NCBI GenBank assembly: GCA_050174915.1
Contig: JBFXJL010000007.1
Location: 44,036-108,035, forward strand
Source of the DNA: Elusimicrobiales bacterium
GTDB lineage: Bacteria; Elusimicrobiota; Elusimicrobia; Elusimicrobiales; UBA9959
Direction: 5' to 3'
Length of the DNA: 64,000 nt
The translations under genes and the position numbers were made by a program. A model generated the notes under the pieces. That model was not told where the DNA came from, did not search any database, and saw nothing but the letters and a program-made list of their open reading frames with translations. Shown piece by piece: positions 9,672-18,997 of this stretch. Every line of letters starts with the position of its first letter. The first letter of the stretch is position 1.

Positions 9672-10871
9672 ATGCAATTCGCCTATAAAGCCAAGGACAA
9701 CAACGGCAAGCTCACCGAAGGGATGGTGGAGGCGCCGGACGAGAAGGCGGCGATCGCGCGCCTGCGCGGCCAGCGCCTCTCCGTGACCGAGATCAAGGCG
9801 GGCGGCAAAAGCGGCAAACAGGGCAAGAAGGGCGGGTCGATCGACAACAAGGACGTCGTCATCTTCTCGCGGCAGCTCTCCACGCTGGTGTCCTCCGGCG
9901 TGCCTATCGTGCAGGGCCTGACCATCCTCAGCGAGCAGGCCGAAGCGCCCAATTTCAAGCTGGTGCTCGGCGCCCTGCGCACCGACATCGAGGCCGGCCT
10001 CTCCATCGCCGACGCGATGAAGAAGCACCCCAACGCCTTCACCGAGCTGTACGTGGCTATGATCCGCGCCGGCGAGGTGGGCGGTATCCTCGACACCATC
10101 CTCGAGCGCCTGTCCGCCTACCTGGAGGCCAACGAGGCGCTGAAGGCCAAGGTCAAGGCCGCGATGATGTACCCCGCGGTCGTGTTCAGCGCCGCCGGCA
10201 TCATCACCGTCTTCCTGATCGTCTTCGTGATCCCGATCTTCAAGGACATCTTCGCCGGCTTCGGCGCCGAACTGCCCTTCATCACGCAGATGCTGATCAA
10301 CATCTCCGACTTCATGCGCTCCAAGATCCTCTATATGCTCCCGATCATAGTCGGCGGCGGGTGGGGGTTCAGGCGCTGGATGAAGACCGAGAAGGGCCAG
10401 TGGAAGGTGGATGAGATCTCCCTGAAGCTGCCGATCTTCGGCATTTTGCTCAAGAAGGTGGCCATCGCCAAGTTCAGCCGCACGCTGGGCACGCTGATCA
10501 AGTCCGGCGTGCCGATCCTGCAGGGCCTCGAGACGGTGGCCAAGACGGCCGGCAACAAGGTCATCGAGGCCGCCATCGACAACAGCCAGAAGTCCATAAA
10601 GGAGGGCGGCCGCATCTCCGACCCTCTCAAGAAGGCCAATATCTTCCCGCCGATGGTCATCCAGATGATCAGCGTGGGCGAGGAGACCGGCGGCCTGGAC
10701 AACATGCTCACCAAGATAGCCGACTTTTACGACCAGGAGGTGGACACGGCCGTGAAGGGCCTCACTTCCATGCTCGAGCCGCTCATCATGATCTTTCTGG
10801 GCGTCGTTATCGGCACCATAGTCATCGCCATGTTCATGCCCATGTTCAGCCTGGGCGAAATGGTCGGCTGA
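9672..10871 (+). CDS. pilC: Type IV pilus inner-membrane platform protein PilC (GspF family)
   Basis: FSRQLSTLVSSGVP, AGEVGG, MYP, GEETG, EPLI motifs; three TM segments. Confidence 0.94.
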   Translation: MQFAYKAKDNNGKLTEGMVEAPDEKAAIARLRGQRLSVTEIKAGGKSGKQGKKGGSIDNKDVVIFSRQLSTLVSSGVPIVQGLTILSEQAEAPNFKLVLGALRTDIEAGLSIADAMKKHPNAFTELYVAMIRAGEVGGILDTILERLSAYLEANEALKAKVKAAMMYPAVVFSAAGIITVFLIVFVIPIFKDIFAGFGAELPFITQMLINISDFMRSKILYMLPIIVGGGWGFRRWMKTEKGQWKVDEISLKLPIFGILLKKVAIAKFSRTLGTLIKSGVPILQGLETVAKTAGNKVIEAAIDNSQKSIKEGGRISDPLKKANIFPPMVIQMISVGEETGGLDNMLTKIADFYDQEVDTAVKGLTSMLEPLIMIFLGVVIGTIVIAMFMPMFSLGEMVG

Positions 10872-10888
10872 CGCCGCCCCTCCGCTCC

Positions 10889-10916
10889 GAAAGCCCGGCC
10901 TGCGCCGGGCTTTTTC
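10889..10916 (+). terminator. Rho-independent terminator after pilC
   Basis: AAAGCCCGGC-ctgc-GCCGGGCTTTTT. Confidence 0.8.
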
Positions 10917-11101
10917 GTTTTACCGCCGGAGCTGGGTATCAACAGGCGCCTCCTATTTGTTATCATAGATGCGTCGCCGATCACTTTTTCGGCGCGGCGG
11001 GGAACGGGGGGGACAATAAACAACTGCTCTTCCTCTTTTCTCATAACACACAGAAACGAAGCCAATTCTTTCGCGGCCGATATGCCGCAGGACAGAGGTG
11101 A

Positions 11102-14100
11102 ATGATGCTTAACTCCCTTAAGACCCTGCTTGCCTTCCTTGTTTTCGCTTCCCCTTCCGGCCTGGCCGCCGCCCCGCACTATTACACGGACCCTTTCTCC
11201 AAGTTCCAGACCCCGGTTAAGGCGGTAAAAAACCTGCCCGAAGGCTCCGCGCAATGGAAGACTCTCGCCGCCGGCCTGGCGGCTGACCCGCTCTTCGCTT
11301 CGCTCGGCCTCGACAAACTTTCCTACACCGCCGGCAACCAGCTCGCCTACGACTTCGACCTGCGGCTGGGCGAGATAGACCTGGACCTCAAGGGCACCCT
11401 TACCTTCGACGCGGCCGCGGCCGAAGGCCAGCCCGTGGCCACGCTAACCTCCGCGGCCCAGTCCCGCACGGCGGCCGACCTGGTGGACATAGGCGCGCTG
11501 CACGCCACCTCTGCCAGCCTGGAAGTCGCCATCTATAAGGAAGGCGGCGACTACAAGATCTACGCCCGGGTCATACCTAGGTTCACCAATTACAACAAGC
11601 CCCCGCTGCCCTCCCTGCTGCTCTCCAAGGGTAAAGGCGGCCTGGACTATACCGTCATAGGCGGCAACCTGGCGCTAAAGGATATCTTTCCTTTCGCTGC
11701 GCAGGTCCCGCTCTACAAGCAGTTCGCCTTCGAGAGCCTCTCCAAGAGCGGCACCACGCTCACGGTCAAAGGCACGGTCGGCGGCCGCGCCGTAACGGCC
11801 GCCGGCGACACCGTGAAGGACACGCTGTTCGTGACCGGCGACGGCCTGACGGCCGCCGATTTCTACCCGGAGACCGCCGCCCTGCCCCTGCTTAACGGTT
11901 TTGCTTTCGACAGCTTTTCCCTGACCGCCGCCGGCGAGGCCGTGACCGGCCGCCTGAACGGCAAGAAGGTCTCCGTCTCCCGCGGGGCCGACAAGAAGTC
12001 CTTCGCCGTGACCGGCGACGACATCAAGCTGGAAGATATCATTCCCGCGGCGTCCCAGGTGCCCTGCGTCAACGCCCTGGCCCTGGACAGCGTGCTGGGG
12101 TCCGACACTAGTCTCGCCGTCTCCGGCCGGGTCAACGGTAAAACCGTGGCCGTCTCCGGTTCCCTGGCGGACAATAAAGTGGAAATGACCGGGCCCGGCC
12201 TGAGCCTGCCCTCCTGCATCCCGCTGTCCCTCAATATTCCTTTCCTCAAGCTCTTCAACTTCGGCGGCCTGTTCAGCTGGCCGGACCGGCTGGAAGTGGA
12301 CGGCACCGTGAACGGCAAGGATGTGAAAGTGGTGTGGATCTTCGCCCCCAACACCGTTACCGTGACCGGCGAGAGCATAAAGCTCGGCGACCTCATCCCC
12401 GCGGCCGCCAAAGAGCCCATGCTGCAGAGTTTCGCCTTCCTGAGCCTGGACTATTCCAAGGCCGCGCTGAAAGTGAACGGCACGGTCAGCGGCAAGGCCA
12501 TCACCGTTACGCAGGACAACGCCGCCAAGACCTTCACGGTCTCCGGCGCCGGCCTGACGCTGGCCGACTTCATCCCCGAAACCGCCGGCATAACCTACCT
12601 GCGCAGGTTCGACCTTAATTCGGTGCGGCAGCGCCCGGGCGGCGTGCTGGTGGCCGGCGACGTGGCCGGCAAGGCCGTCACGGTGGAGAGCGACAGGGCC
12701 GCCGGTTCTTTTACGGTGACCGGCGAGGGGCTGAAGCTGGCCGACTTCGTGCCGGAAGCCTCGCAGATAACTTTCCTCGACGCTTTCGCGCTCGACGGCG
12801 TGCGCAGCACGCCCGGCGAGTTCGTGGTAACCGGCAAGGTCAACAACAAGGCCGTGCTGGTGGACGACCACCTGACCAGCAATATCTTCACGGTGACCGG
12901 CGACGGCCTCAAGCTCCAGGACTTCTTCCCGGAGAGCAAGGACGTGCCCGCGCTCAACAACTTCGCTTTTGAGAGCCTCACCCATACCGCCGACGGCGTG
13001 ACCGTGACCGGCAAGGTCAACGGCAAGGCCGTCCTGGTCGCCCGCGCTATCGGGGCCGACACCTTTACGGTCAAGGGCGACGCCCTCAAGCTCGCGGACT
13101 TCGTGCCCGCCGCGGCCAAGGTGTCCTATCTCAATAATTTCTCCTTCCTCTCGCTGACCTGGCATCCCGGCATCCTCGAAGTGGCCGGCACCGTGAACGC
13201 CAAGAACGTCACGGTAACGCTCGACAAGGCGGCCAAGACCTACACCGCCTCCGGCTCGGGGCTGCAGCTGGCCGATTTCGTGCCCGAGGCGGCCCGGCTG
13301 CCCTACCTCGCCCGCTTCGACCTGACCCGTGTGCAGGAGCGCCCCGACGGCGTACTGGTGGCCGGCGACGTGGCCGGCAAGGCCGTGAGCGTGGACTATA
13401 ACAGGACCGCCGCCTCTTTCAAAGTGACCGGCGACGGCCTGCAGCTCAAGGATTTCATCCCGCAGGCGGCCGGGGTGGGCTACCTCGACAACTTCAAGTT
13501 CGAAAGCCTGCTCTACTCGGCCGCCGCCATCGAAGTCTCCGGCAAGGTAAACGACAAGGGCGTGACGGTAAAAAAGACCCTGAGCGCCCCGGACTTTTCA
13601 GTCACCGGCGACGACCTGAAACTGGCGGACTTCGTGCCCGGCACCGAGCAGGTGCCCTGCGTCAACGACTTCGCCCTGGACCGCGTGTGGCGGTCCGCCG
13701 AAGAGCTCGGCATAGCCGGAAAGGTGAACGGCAAGGCCGTCTCCATCTCCGATTCCTTCGCCGACAACAGGGTGGAAATGAGCGGCCCGGGCCTGAGCCT
13801 GCCTGCCTGCCTGCCGCTGTCGCTCAACCTGCCCTTCCTGAACCTTTTCAGCTTCGGCAGCCTGTTCCATTGGCCCGACCGCCTGGAAGTGGACGGCACG
13901 CTGAACGGCAAGGACGTGAAGCTGGTCTGGATCTTCGCTCCGAACACCGTGACGGTGACCGGCGACAGCATAAAGCTGGCCGACGCTATCCCCGACGCCG
14001 CGCGGGTGCCTTTCCTCAACGGCTTCGCCTTCCTCGAGCTGGATTATTCCAGGGAGCAGCTGGCCGTGAGCGGCACGATGCGGGGCAAGGCCGTCAGCGT

Positions 14101-17100
14101 AACCCAGGACAATGCCCTCAAGACCTTCAAGGTGACCGGCGACGACCTTAAACTCGCCGACTTCGTGCCCGAGGCCGCGAACGTGCCTTTCCTTAAACTT
14201 TTTGCCTTCGACGCGCTGGCCTACAGCAAGGCCGCCGTGACCGTGGAGGGCAAGCTGAACTCCAAGGGCGTGAGCGTGACCAAGGCCTTCGGCGCCGACG
14301 GTTCTTTCACCGCCAAGGGCGAGGGCCTGACGCTGAGCGACATCGTGCCCGAAGCGGCCGGCCTCAAGGCCTTCGACGCGCTGGCCCTGGACGGGGTCTC
14401 CGTGTCGCCCGCTGTAGTGGAAGTAGCCGGTAAACTTTCCGGCAAAGCGGTCAAGTTCTCCCGGACGCGCGACGCCAAGCCCGTCTCCACCATCACGGCC
14501 GACGGCTTGACCTTGGGCGACATCTACGCCCCGCTGGCCGCTTTGCCGGCCGTGAACGCCGTGGCCATGACCCGGCTCAGCCTAGACGGCTCCTCCGTGG
14601 AAGCGGAGGCCCGCCTCAACGGCGTGACCGTGGACGTGGTGGCGCACGCCGGCCAGGGGACGGACTCCTATACCGCCGTCTTCTTCGACACGCTCGGCGC
14701 GGCCACTTTCGTGCCGGCCGCCCAGGGGCATGTGGTCAACGACCTCGCCCTGGAGCGCGCGCTCTTCGTGGTGCAGCCGGCGGGCTCGCCCGCCCGCACC
14801 GTGGCGGCCGCCGACCTGCCCGGCAGCCTGCCCAAGCTGGTAGGTTGGGGGGGCAGCGACACGCTGGCCCTTTCCGAAGGCGTCAATTTCGCGGGCTGGC
14901 TGAATGTGGCCAAGTCCGGGGCGCTGGCTAAAGCCTTCGCCGCGGCCGGCCTGCCTACTGGCAGCGTGCTCCTTAAAGGCACCGTGGCCCCCGACTCCTT
15001 CAAAAGCATGACCGGCGGGGCGCCGGCCGCCGCGGCCTCCCTGTCCGAAGCGGACAAGCAGGCCCTGCTCGGCGGGCTGAACCTTTCCGTGGCCCTGCCG
15101 CTGCCCTCCCTGCCCGCCATCGCCGGCATGGTGACGGTGCGCGGCCCCGTGATCCTCTCCATAGGCGGCGACGCCAGGGGGCATAGCAGCCTCTGGGCCA
15201 ATGTGCCCGCCCCCATAGCCGCCTCCCGCCCCGTCGGCGACCTGGACGTCTCGCTGCAGTTCGGCCTGGACATCACCGGCGCCGGCATCAGCGAGAAGCT
15301 GGACGCGCTGGTGAGCCTCGACAAGGGCGCGCGCGCCGGCTACAGCCTGCTCGCCGTCTACGAGGGCGCCTGGAAGCAGCCCTTCGGCATTCAGGGGCTC
15401 ACGCTCGACAACGGCGGCTTCGAATTCTCGCTGGAGAAGGCGGGGGATCAGGCCAAGAGCGGCCTGGCCTTCTTCGCCACCGCCCAGATAGGGGCTAAGA
15501 ACGTGGCCGTGACCGCGCAGCTCAAGCGCGAAGGCGGCAAGGTGTCGCTGGATTACTTCCAGCTCGACGGGCAGTTCCGCCCCGGCGACTTCCCCGGCGG
15601 CAAGAACATCCCCTACGGCGACAAGTTCGAGCTCGACGAACTCAAGCTCACGCCCAAGGGCGTCATGGCCAAAACCGTGATAGCCGGCAACAAGGTGGAC
15701 GCCTTCCTCTTCGACGCCGGCGCGGCCGGCGCGCCCAACTGGGTGTTCGCCGCGGCCCAGAAGAACTTCAACGTGACGGAGCTGCTGCCGGCCGCCAAGG
15801 CCATAAAGCCGCTGGCCGCCATGACCATTCCCGACGCCGCGCTGATAGTCTCCGAGAAGGGGCTTAAGAACGCGGACCGCAACGCCCTCGGCGTGATAGC
15901 CAAGGACCTGTTCGACCGCGTACTCGGCAGATCCGCCGTGAAGATCAACATCCCCGACGGCATCGGCGTGCTGGCCGGCTTCGACGCCGGCGCCATGGGG
16001 CCGCTCGGCAAGGGCCTCAGCGGCCTCGGCGTGCACGACGACGCCGTGGTGATGGGCGCCGTGACCGGCGTCTTCGCCGGCAACCCCGGAGTGATGCTCG
16101 CCATAACCATGGACAACCCCGGCGATCCCAAGGGCCTGCCCAAGAAAGTGGTCAGCTTCAAGCCCGGCGTGCCGCCGTCCTACTTCGTGCAGTGGTCCGG
16201 CACCGAGCTGGACGCCGGCCTGCGCATCCCGCTGCTGGTGAAAGCCGGCAAGGAGACCCTCTCCATGGACGCGGACCTGGAGCTCAAGTTCGCCGAGAGC
16301 GGCGTGGGCGTGAAGGTGCTCGCCGAGATGGACGGCGCCTGGCGCCAGCCTTTCGGCATAAAAGGGCTGACCCTCAAGAACGTCAAGCTGGACGCTGCCA
16401 TCAACGAGACCGGCGAGGTGCAGTTCGGCATCGCCGGCGAACAGCTCTACGGCCGCTGCGCGGATCCCAAGTCCAAGGACTGCCTGGACGTGGACATGGC
16501 GATGAGCGTCAAGATCCCGCTCGAGGACGGCCTGCCGGACGGCGTGGCCTTCGCGGGCCGGGTGAGCCAGCTCAGCCTGCCGGCGCTGATGGAGATAACC
16601 GAAACTTTGATGGGCACCCCGCCCGGCAGCATCTCCAAACTGCCCGCGCCTTATTTCGAGATCGACGACGCCCTGCTGGCCTTTGCCACGCCGGGCGCGT
16701 CCGACCCCCAGCTGGGGCTGGTCAGCGAAGGCTTTGCCTTCGGCGGCAAGTTCGTCTTCATGGGCAAGCAGCTCGGCAAAGTGCTGGGGTCAGGCGGCCC
16801 CAACAGCGGCGTCAAGATCAAGGGCGACGTGGCCGACATCGACCTGGACATCATCAAGTTCCGGTCCAACAGCATAGACATCTCGCTGAACGTCGACCCC
16901 AAGTACATCATCAATTCCACCGTCGACCTGCTGGGCGCGCCGCAGAAGGTGAAACTCGACATCGAGCCGCCTTATTTCGAGTTCGATATGACCGAGAAAC
17001 TGGGCGCTTTCGGCAACGCGCTGCTGACCATCCGCCTGGACGGCTTCGACCTGAAGAAGGGCACGTTCGACAAGAACGCCGGCATGAGCGTGGTCGGAGA

Positions 17101-18997
17101 GTTCAAGTCTACCCTGGTGCCGTGGATGAAGGACGAGATCAAGAAAGGCGTGGAGGAGCTCAGGGATTCAGCGCGGGCCAAGTTCGACGAGGACCTGAAG
17201 GCCCTCCGGCAGGCGGAGAAGAAGGTGGACGAGCTCAACGCCAAGATCAAGAAACTAAAAGAAGAGGACCAGAAGGCCAAGGACAGGGCCGAGGAGGCCC
17301 TGAACTCCGCCAAGCGTCGCGTGGACTCGCTGCGGGACAAGCACGACGACGAGGACCATAAGGCGCATCACTGTGGTTCGCGCTGGACCCACTGGGCCTG
17401 TTCGCCCGGCTGGCGCATAGCCGCCGCCGCCACCTGGGTGGTTTACGAAGTAGCCGAAGGCGCGCTGGACGCCGCCAAGAAGGCCGTGGCCGCCGCCACC
17501 AACCTGGATCCGCGCGTGGCCGCGCTGATAGCCGAGCGCGACATAGAGCGCGCCGGCCTGTCCGTGGCCGAGGCCGTGGTCAAGGTGACCGAGGATATCG
17601 AGGATTTCGTGCTGAAGGAGCTCGAGACCGTGCTAGAACGGGCCGTCTCTAGCCTGCCGATGGAGGTGGACAAGGCCATCATAGTGGGCGACCTCAAGGA
17701 CATGGTCACCCATAATGACCCGCTGGTGCTGGACATGCAGTTCAAGATCGCCGGCGCCCCCATGCACGAGTTCTTCGCGGTCAAGGTGCCGGACCGGCCT
17801 GAGAACCTGCAGTTCGACGCGGTCTCGTTCGCGCTGCTGCCGGCGCTGGGCCTCGACAAGCTCACCGAGAACGCGCTGAAAAAGGTCTCGCCCGACGCGG
17901 CGCGCTGGGTGCACGCCCACATAGCCACCAAGCTGGCCGGCGCCGAGGAGGCCGTGCGTAACCAGGTGGCCGACGAGGAGGAACGCTTCAAAGGCGTGCT
18001 GGCCTCGTTCGACAACGGCACGGCCAAGTACAAGAAGGCCTTCGAGGAGCAGTCCGACGAGCACCTGGAGCTGGTGCAGCAGATGAACGTCACGGACCTC
18101 ATGCCCGACAGCCTGCAGTACAGCAACACCTACCTGGCCATCGGCCACAGCAACCTCTGCCTGGCCGTCTCCAAGGACGGCCTGAACGTGGTGCAGCTGC
18201 ACTGCAAGGATTCCGACGTGGAGCAGTGGAGCACCGTGGCCCTTAAGGACGACGCCGAAGGCTACGTGGAGCTGCGCAACAAGGGCCTCTGCCTGAAGGC
18301 GCGCGACGGGGGGGCGAAGGACAACTTCGAACCGCTGATCCTCTCCGCCTGCGACGCGGCCGACCTGCACCAGCAGTGGAAGGTCATCTCCTCGGACGGC
18401 TTTTATGACGAGATCGTCAACCGCTACTCGCAGAAGTGCCTGCACTTCAATACCGAGAGCGCCAACCCGGAGTCCGCCTTCGCGGTGTGGACTTCCTGCC
18501 TGGGGGCCGACAGCCAGACTTTCAGGGACATCTCGGACGCGGAGAAGCCCACCCTGCACAAGGTCAACGCCATGCTCAAGGCCGCCAACGGGCTCTGCCT
18601 CGACGTGGTGGAGACCATCGAGAACTCCGCGAAGCTGACTTGGGAACAGCGGGAGATAAAGCTCTACGCCCACAAGTGCGGGGAGGGCAGCGAGCGCTTC
18701 AACTACATGGAGGAAGTGGACGGCGACATCCAGTTGGTGCACACCGAGACCGGAGGCTGCGTGTACCCGCAGGAGAAAGCCGACTCCCTGGCGGTGCGGG
18801 CCTGCGACCGCGGGGCCGACATGTTCTGGCGCCTCAACGCGGCCACCGGCTCGGCGGACCTGGTCTTTCATCCCATCAGGAATTCTTGTATGATACTTCC
18901 TGCTCCGCCGAAGGGTTCCACCCAGGACCTCGAGGCGGGCGTGGCCGACTGCAACCAGGTCCCCAACGACGCGCTGCTCATGGACTTCGTAAAATGA
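11102..18997 (+). CDS. Giant exported repeat protein (2631 aa) with C-terminal ricin-B-type lectin domains
   Basis: Sec signal peptide; about 17 tandem 59-aa repeats; beta-rich middle; coiled coil; C-terminal CL..C..(Q)xW/F beta-trefoil repeats; GAGGTG RBS. Confidence 0.85.
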   Translation: MMLNSLKTLLAFLVFASPSGLAAAPHYYTDPFSKFQTPVKAVKNLPEGSAQWKTLAAGLAADPLFASLGLDKLSYTAGNQLAYDFDLRLGEIDLDLKGTLTFDAAAAEGQPVATLTSAAQSRTAADLVDIGALHATSASLEVAIYKEGGDYKIYARVIPRFTNYNKPPLPSLLLSKGKGGLDYTVIGGNLALKDIFPFAAQVPLYKQFAFESLSKSGTTLTVKGTVGGRAVTAAGDTVKDTLFVTGDGLTAADFYPETAALPLLNGFAFDSFSLTAAGEAVTGRLNGKKVSVSRGADKKSFAVTGDDIKLEDIIPAASQVPCVNALALDSVLGSDTSLAVSGRVNGKTVAVSGSLADNKVEMTGPGLSLPSCIPLSLNIPFLKLFNFGGLFSWPDRLEVDGTVNGKDVKVVWIFAPNTVTVTGESIKLGDLIPAAAKEPMLQSFAFLSLDYSKAALKVNGTVSGKAITVTQDNAAKTFTVSGAGLTLADFIPETAGITYLRRFDLNSVRQRPGGVLVAGDVAGKAVTVESDRAAGSFTVTGEGLKLADFVPEASQITFLDAFALDGVRSTPGEFVVTGKVNNKAVLVDDHLTSNIFTVTGDGLKLQDFFPESKDVPALNNFAFESLTHTADGVTVTGKVNGKAVLVARAIGADTFTVKGDALKLADFVPAAAKVSYLNNFSFLSLTWHPGILEVAGTVNAKNVTVTLDKAAKTYTASGSGLQLADFVPEAARLPYLARFDLTRVQERPDGVLVAGDVAGKAVSVDYNRTAASFKVTGDGLQLKDFIPQAAGVGYLDNFKFESLLYSAAAIEVSGKVNDKGVTVKKTLSAPDFSVTGDDLKLADFVPGTEQVPCVNDFALDRVWRSAEELGIAGKVNGKAVSISDSFADNRVEMSGPGLSLPACLPLSLNLPFLNLFSFGSLFHWPDRLEVDGTLNGKDVKLVWIFAPNTVTVTGDSIKLADAIPDAARVPFLNGFAFLELDYSREQLAVSGTMRGKAVSVTQDNALKTFKVTGDDLKLADFVPEAANVPFLKLFAFDALAYSKAAVTVEGKLNSKGVSVTKAFGADGSFTAKGEGLTLSDIVPEAAGLKAFDALALDGVSVSPAVVEVAGKLSGKAVKFSRTRDAKPVSTITADGLTLGDIYAPLAALPAVNAVAMTRLSLDGSSVEAEARLNGVTVDVVAHAGQGTDSYTAVFFDTLGAATFVPAAQGHVVNDLALERALFVVQPAGSPARTVAAADLPGSLPKLVGWGGSDTLALSEGVNFAGWLNVAKSGALAKAFAAAGLPTGSVLLKGTVAPDSFKSMTGGAPAAAASLSEADKQALLGGLNLSVALPLPSLPAIAGMVTVRGPVILSIGGDARGHSSLWANVPAPIAASRPVGDLDVSLQFGLDITGAGISEKLDALVSLDKGARAGYSLLAVYEGAWKQPFGIQGLTLDNGGFEFSLEKAGDQAKSGLAFFATAQIGAKNVAVTAQLKREGGKVSLDYFQLDGQFRPGDFPGGKNIPYGDKFELDELKLTPKGVMAKTVIAGNKVDAFLFDAGAAGAPNWVFAAAQKNFNVTELLPAAKAIKPLAAMTIPDAALIVSEKGLKNADRNALGVIAKDLFDRVLGRSAVKINIPDGIGVLAGFDAGAMGPLGKGLSGLGVHDDAVVMGAVTGVFAGNPGVMLAITMDNPGDPKGLPKKVVSFKPGVPPSYFVQWSGTELDAGLRIPLLVKAGKETLSMDADLELKFAESGVGVKVLAEMDGAWRQPFGIKGLTLKNVKLDAAINETGEVQFGIAGEQLYGRCADPKSKDCLDVDMAMSVKIPLEDGLPDGVAFAGRVSQLSLPALMEITETLMGTPPGSISKLPAPYFEIDDALLAFATPGASDPQLGLVSEGFAFGGKFVFMGKQLGKVLGSGGPNSGVKIKGDVADIDLDIIKFRSNSIDISLNVDPKYIINSTVDLLGAPQKVKLDIEPPYFEFDMTEKLGAFGNALLTIRLDGFDLKKGTFDKNAGMSVVGEFKSTLVPWMKDEIKKGVEELRDSARAKFDEDLKALRQAEKKVDELNAKIKKLKEEDQKAKDRAEEALNSAKRRVDSLRDKHDDEDHKAHHCGSRWTHWACSPGWRIAAAATWVVYEVAEGALDAAKKAVAAATNLDPRVAALIAERDIERAGLSVAEAVVKVTEDIEDFVLKELETVLERAVSSLPMEVDKAIIVGDLKDMVTHNDPLVLDMQFKIAGAPMHEFFAVKVPDRPENLQFDAVSFALLPALGLDKLTENALKKVSPDAARWVHAHIATKLAGAEEAVRNQVADEEERFKGVLASFDNGTAKYKKAFEEQSDEHLELVQQMNVTDLMPDSLQYSNTYLAIGHSNLCLAVSKDGLNVVQLHCKDSDVEQWSTVALKDDAEGYVELRNKGLCLKARDGGAKDNFEPLILSACDAADLHQQWKVISSDGFYDEIVNRYSQKCLHFNTESANPESAFAVWTSCLGADSQTFRDISDAEKPTLHKVNAMLKAANGLCLDVVETIENSAKLTWEQREIKLYAHKCGEGSERFNYMEEVDGDIQLVHTETGGCVYPQEKADSLAVRACDRGADMFWRLNAATGSADLVFHPIRNSCMILPAPPKGSTQDLEAGVADCNQVPNDALLMDFVK
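11669..14690 (+). repeat. Intragenic tandem array of about 17 degenerate 177-bp (59-aa) units
   Basis: Consensus LKLADFVPEAA.VP.L..FAF.SL......V.GKVNGKAV.V......FTVTGDG; units 3-5 recur 1593 bp later as units 12-14. Confidence 0.85.

Noticed and set aside
10920-11101. Possible riboswitch in the leader of the giant gene
   Set aside because: No recognisable c-di-GMP or other aptamer consensus seen.
11669-14690. Tandem repeats as a CRISPR array or VNTR
   Set aside because: Degenerate in-frame coding repeats with no identical repeat-spacer structure and no cas genes.
18436-18993. 823-aa ORF call extending the secretin upstream
   Set aside because: The extension overlaps the giant gene out of frame and is low-complexity; the lipoprotein signal begins at ATG 18994.
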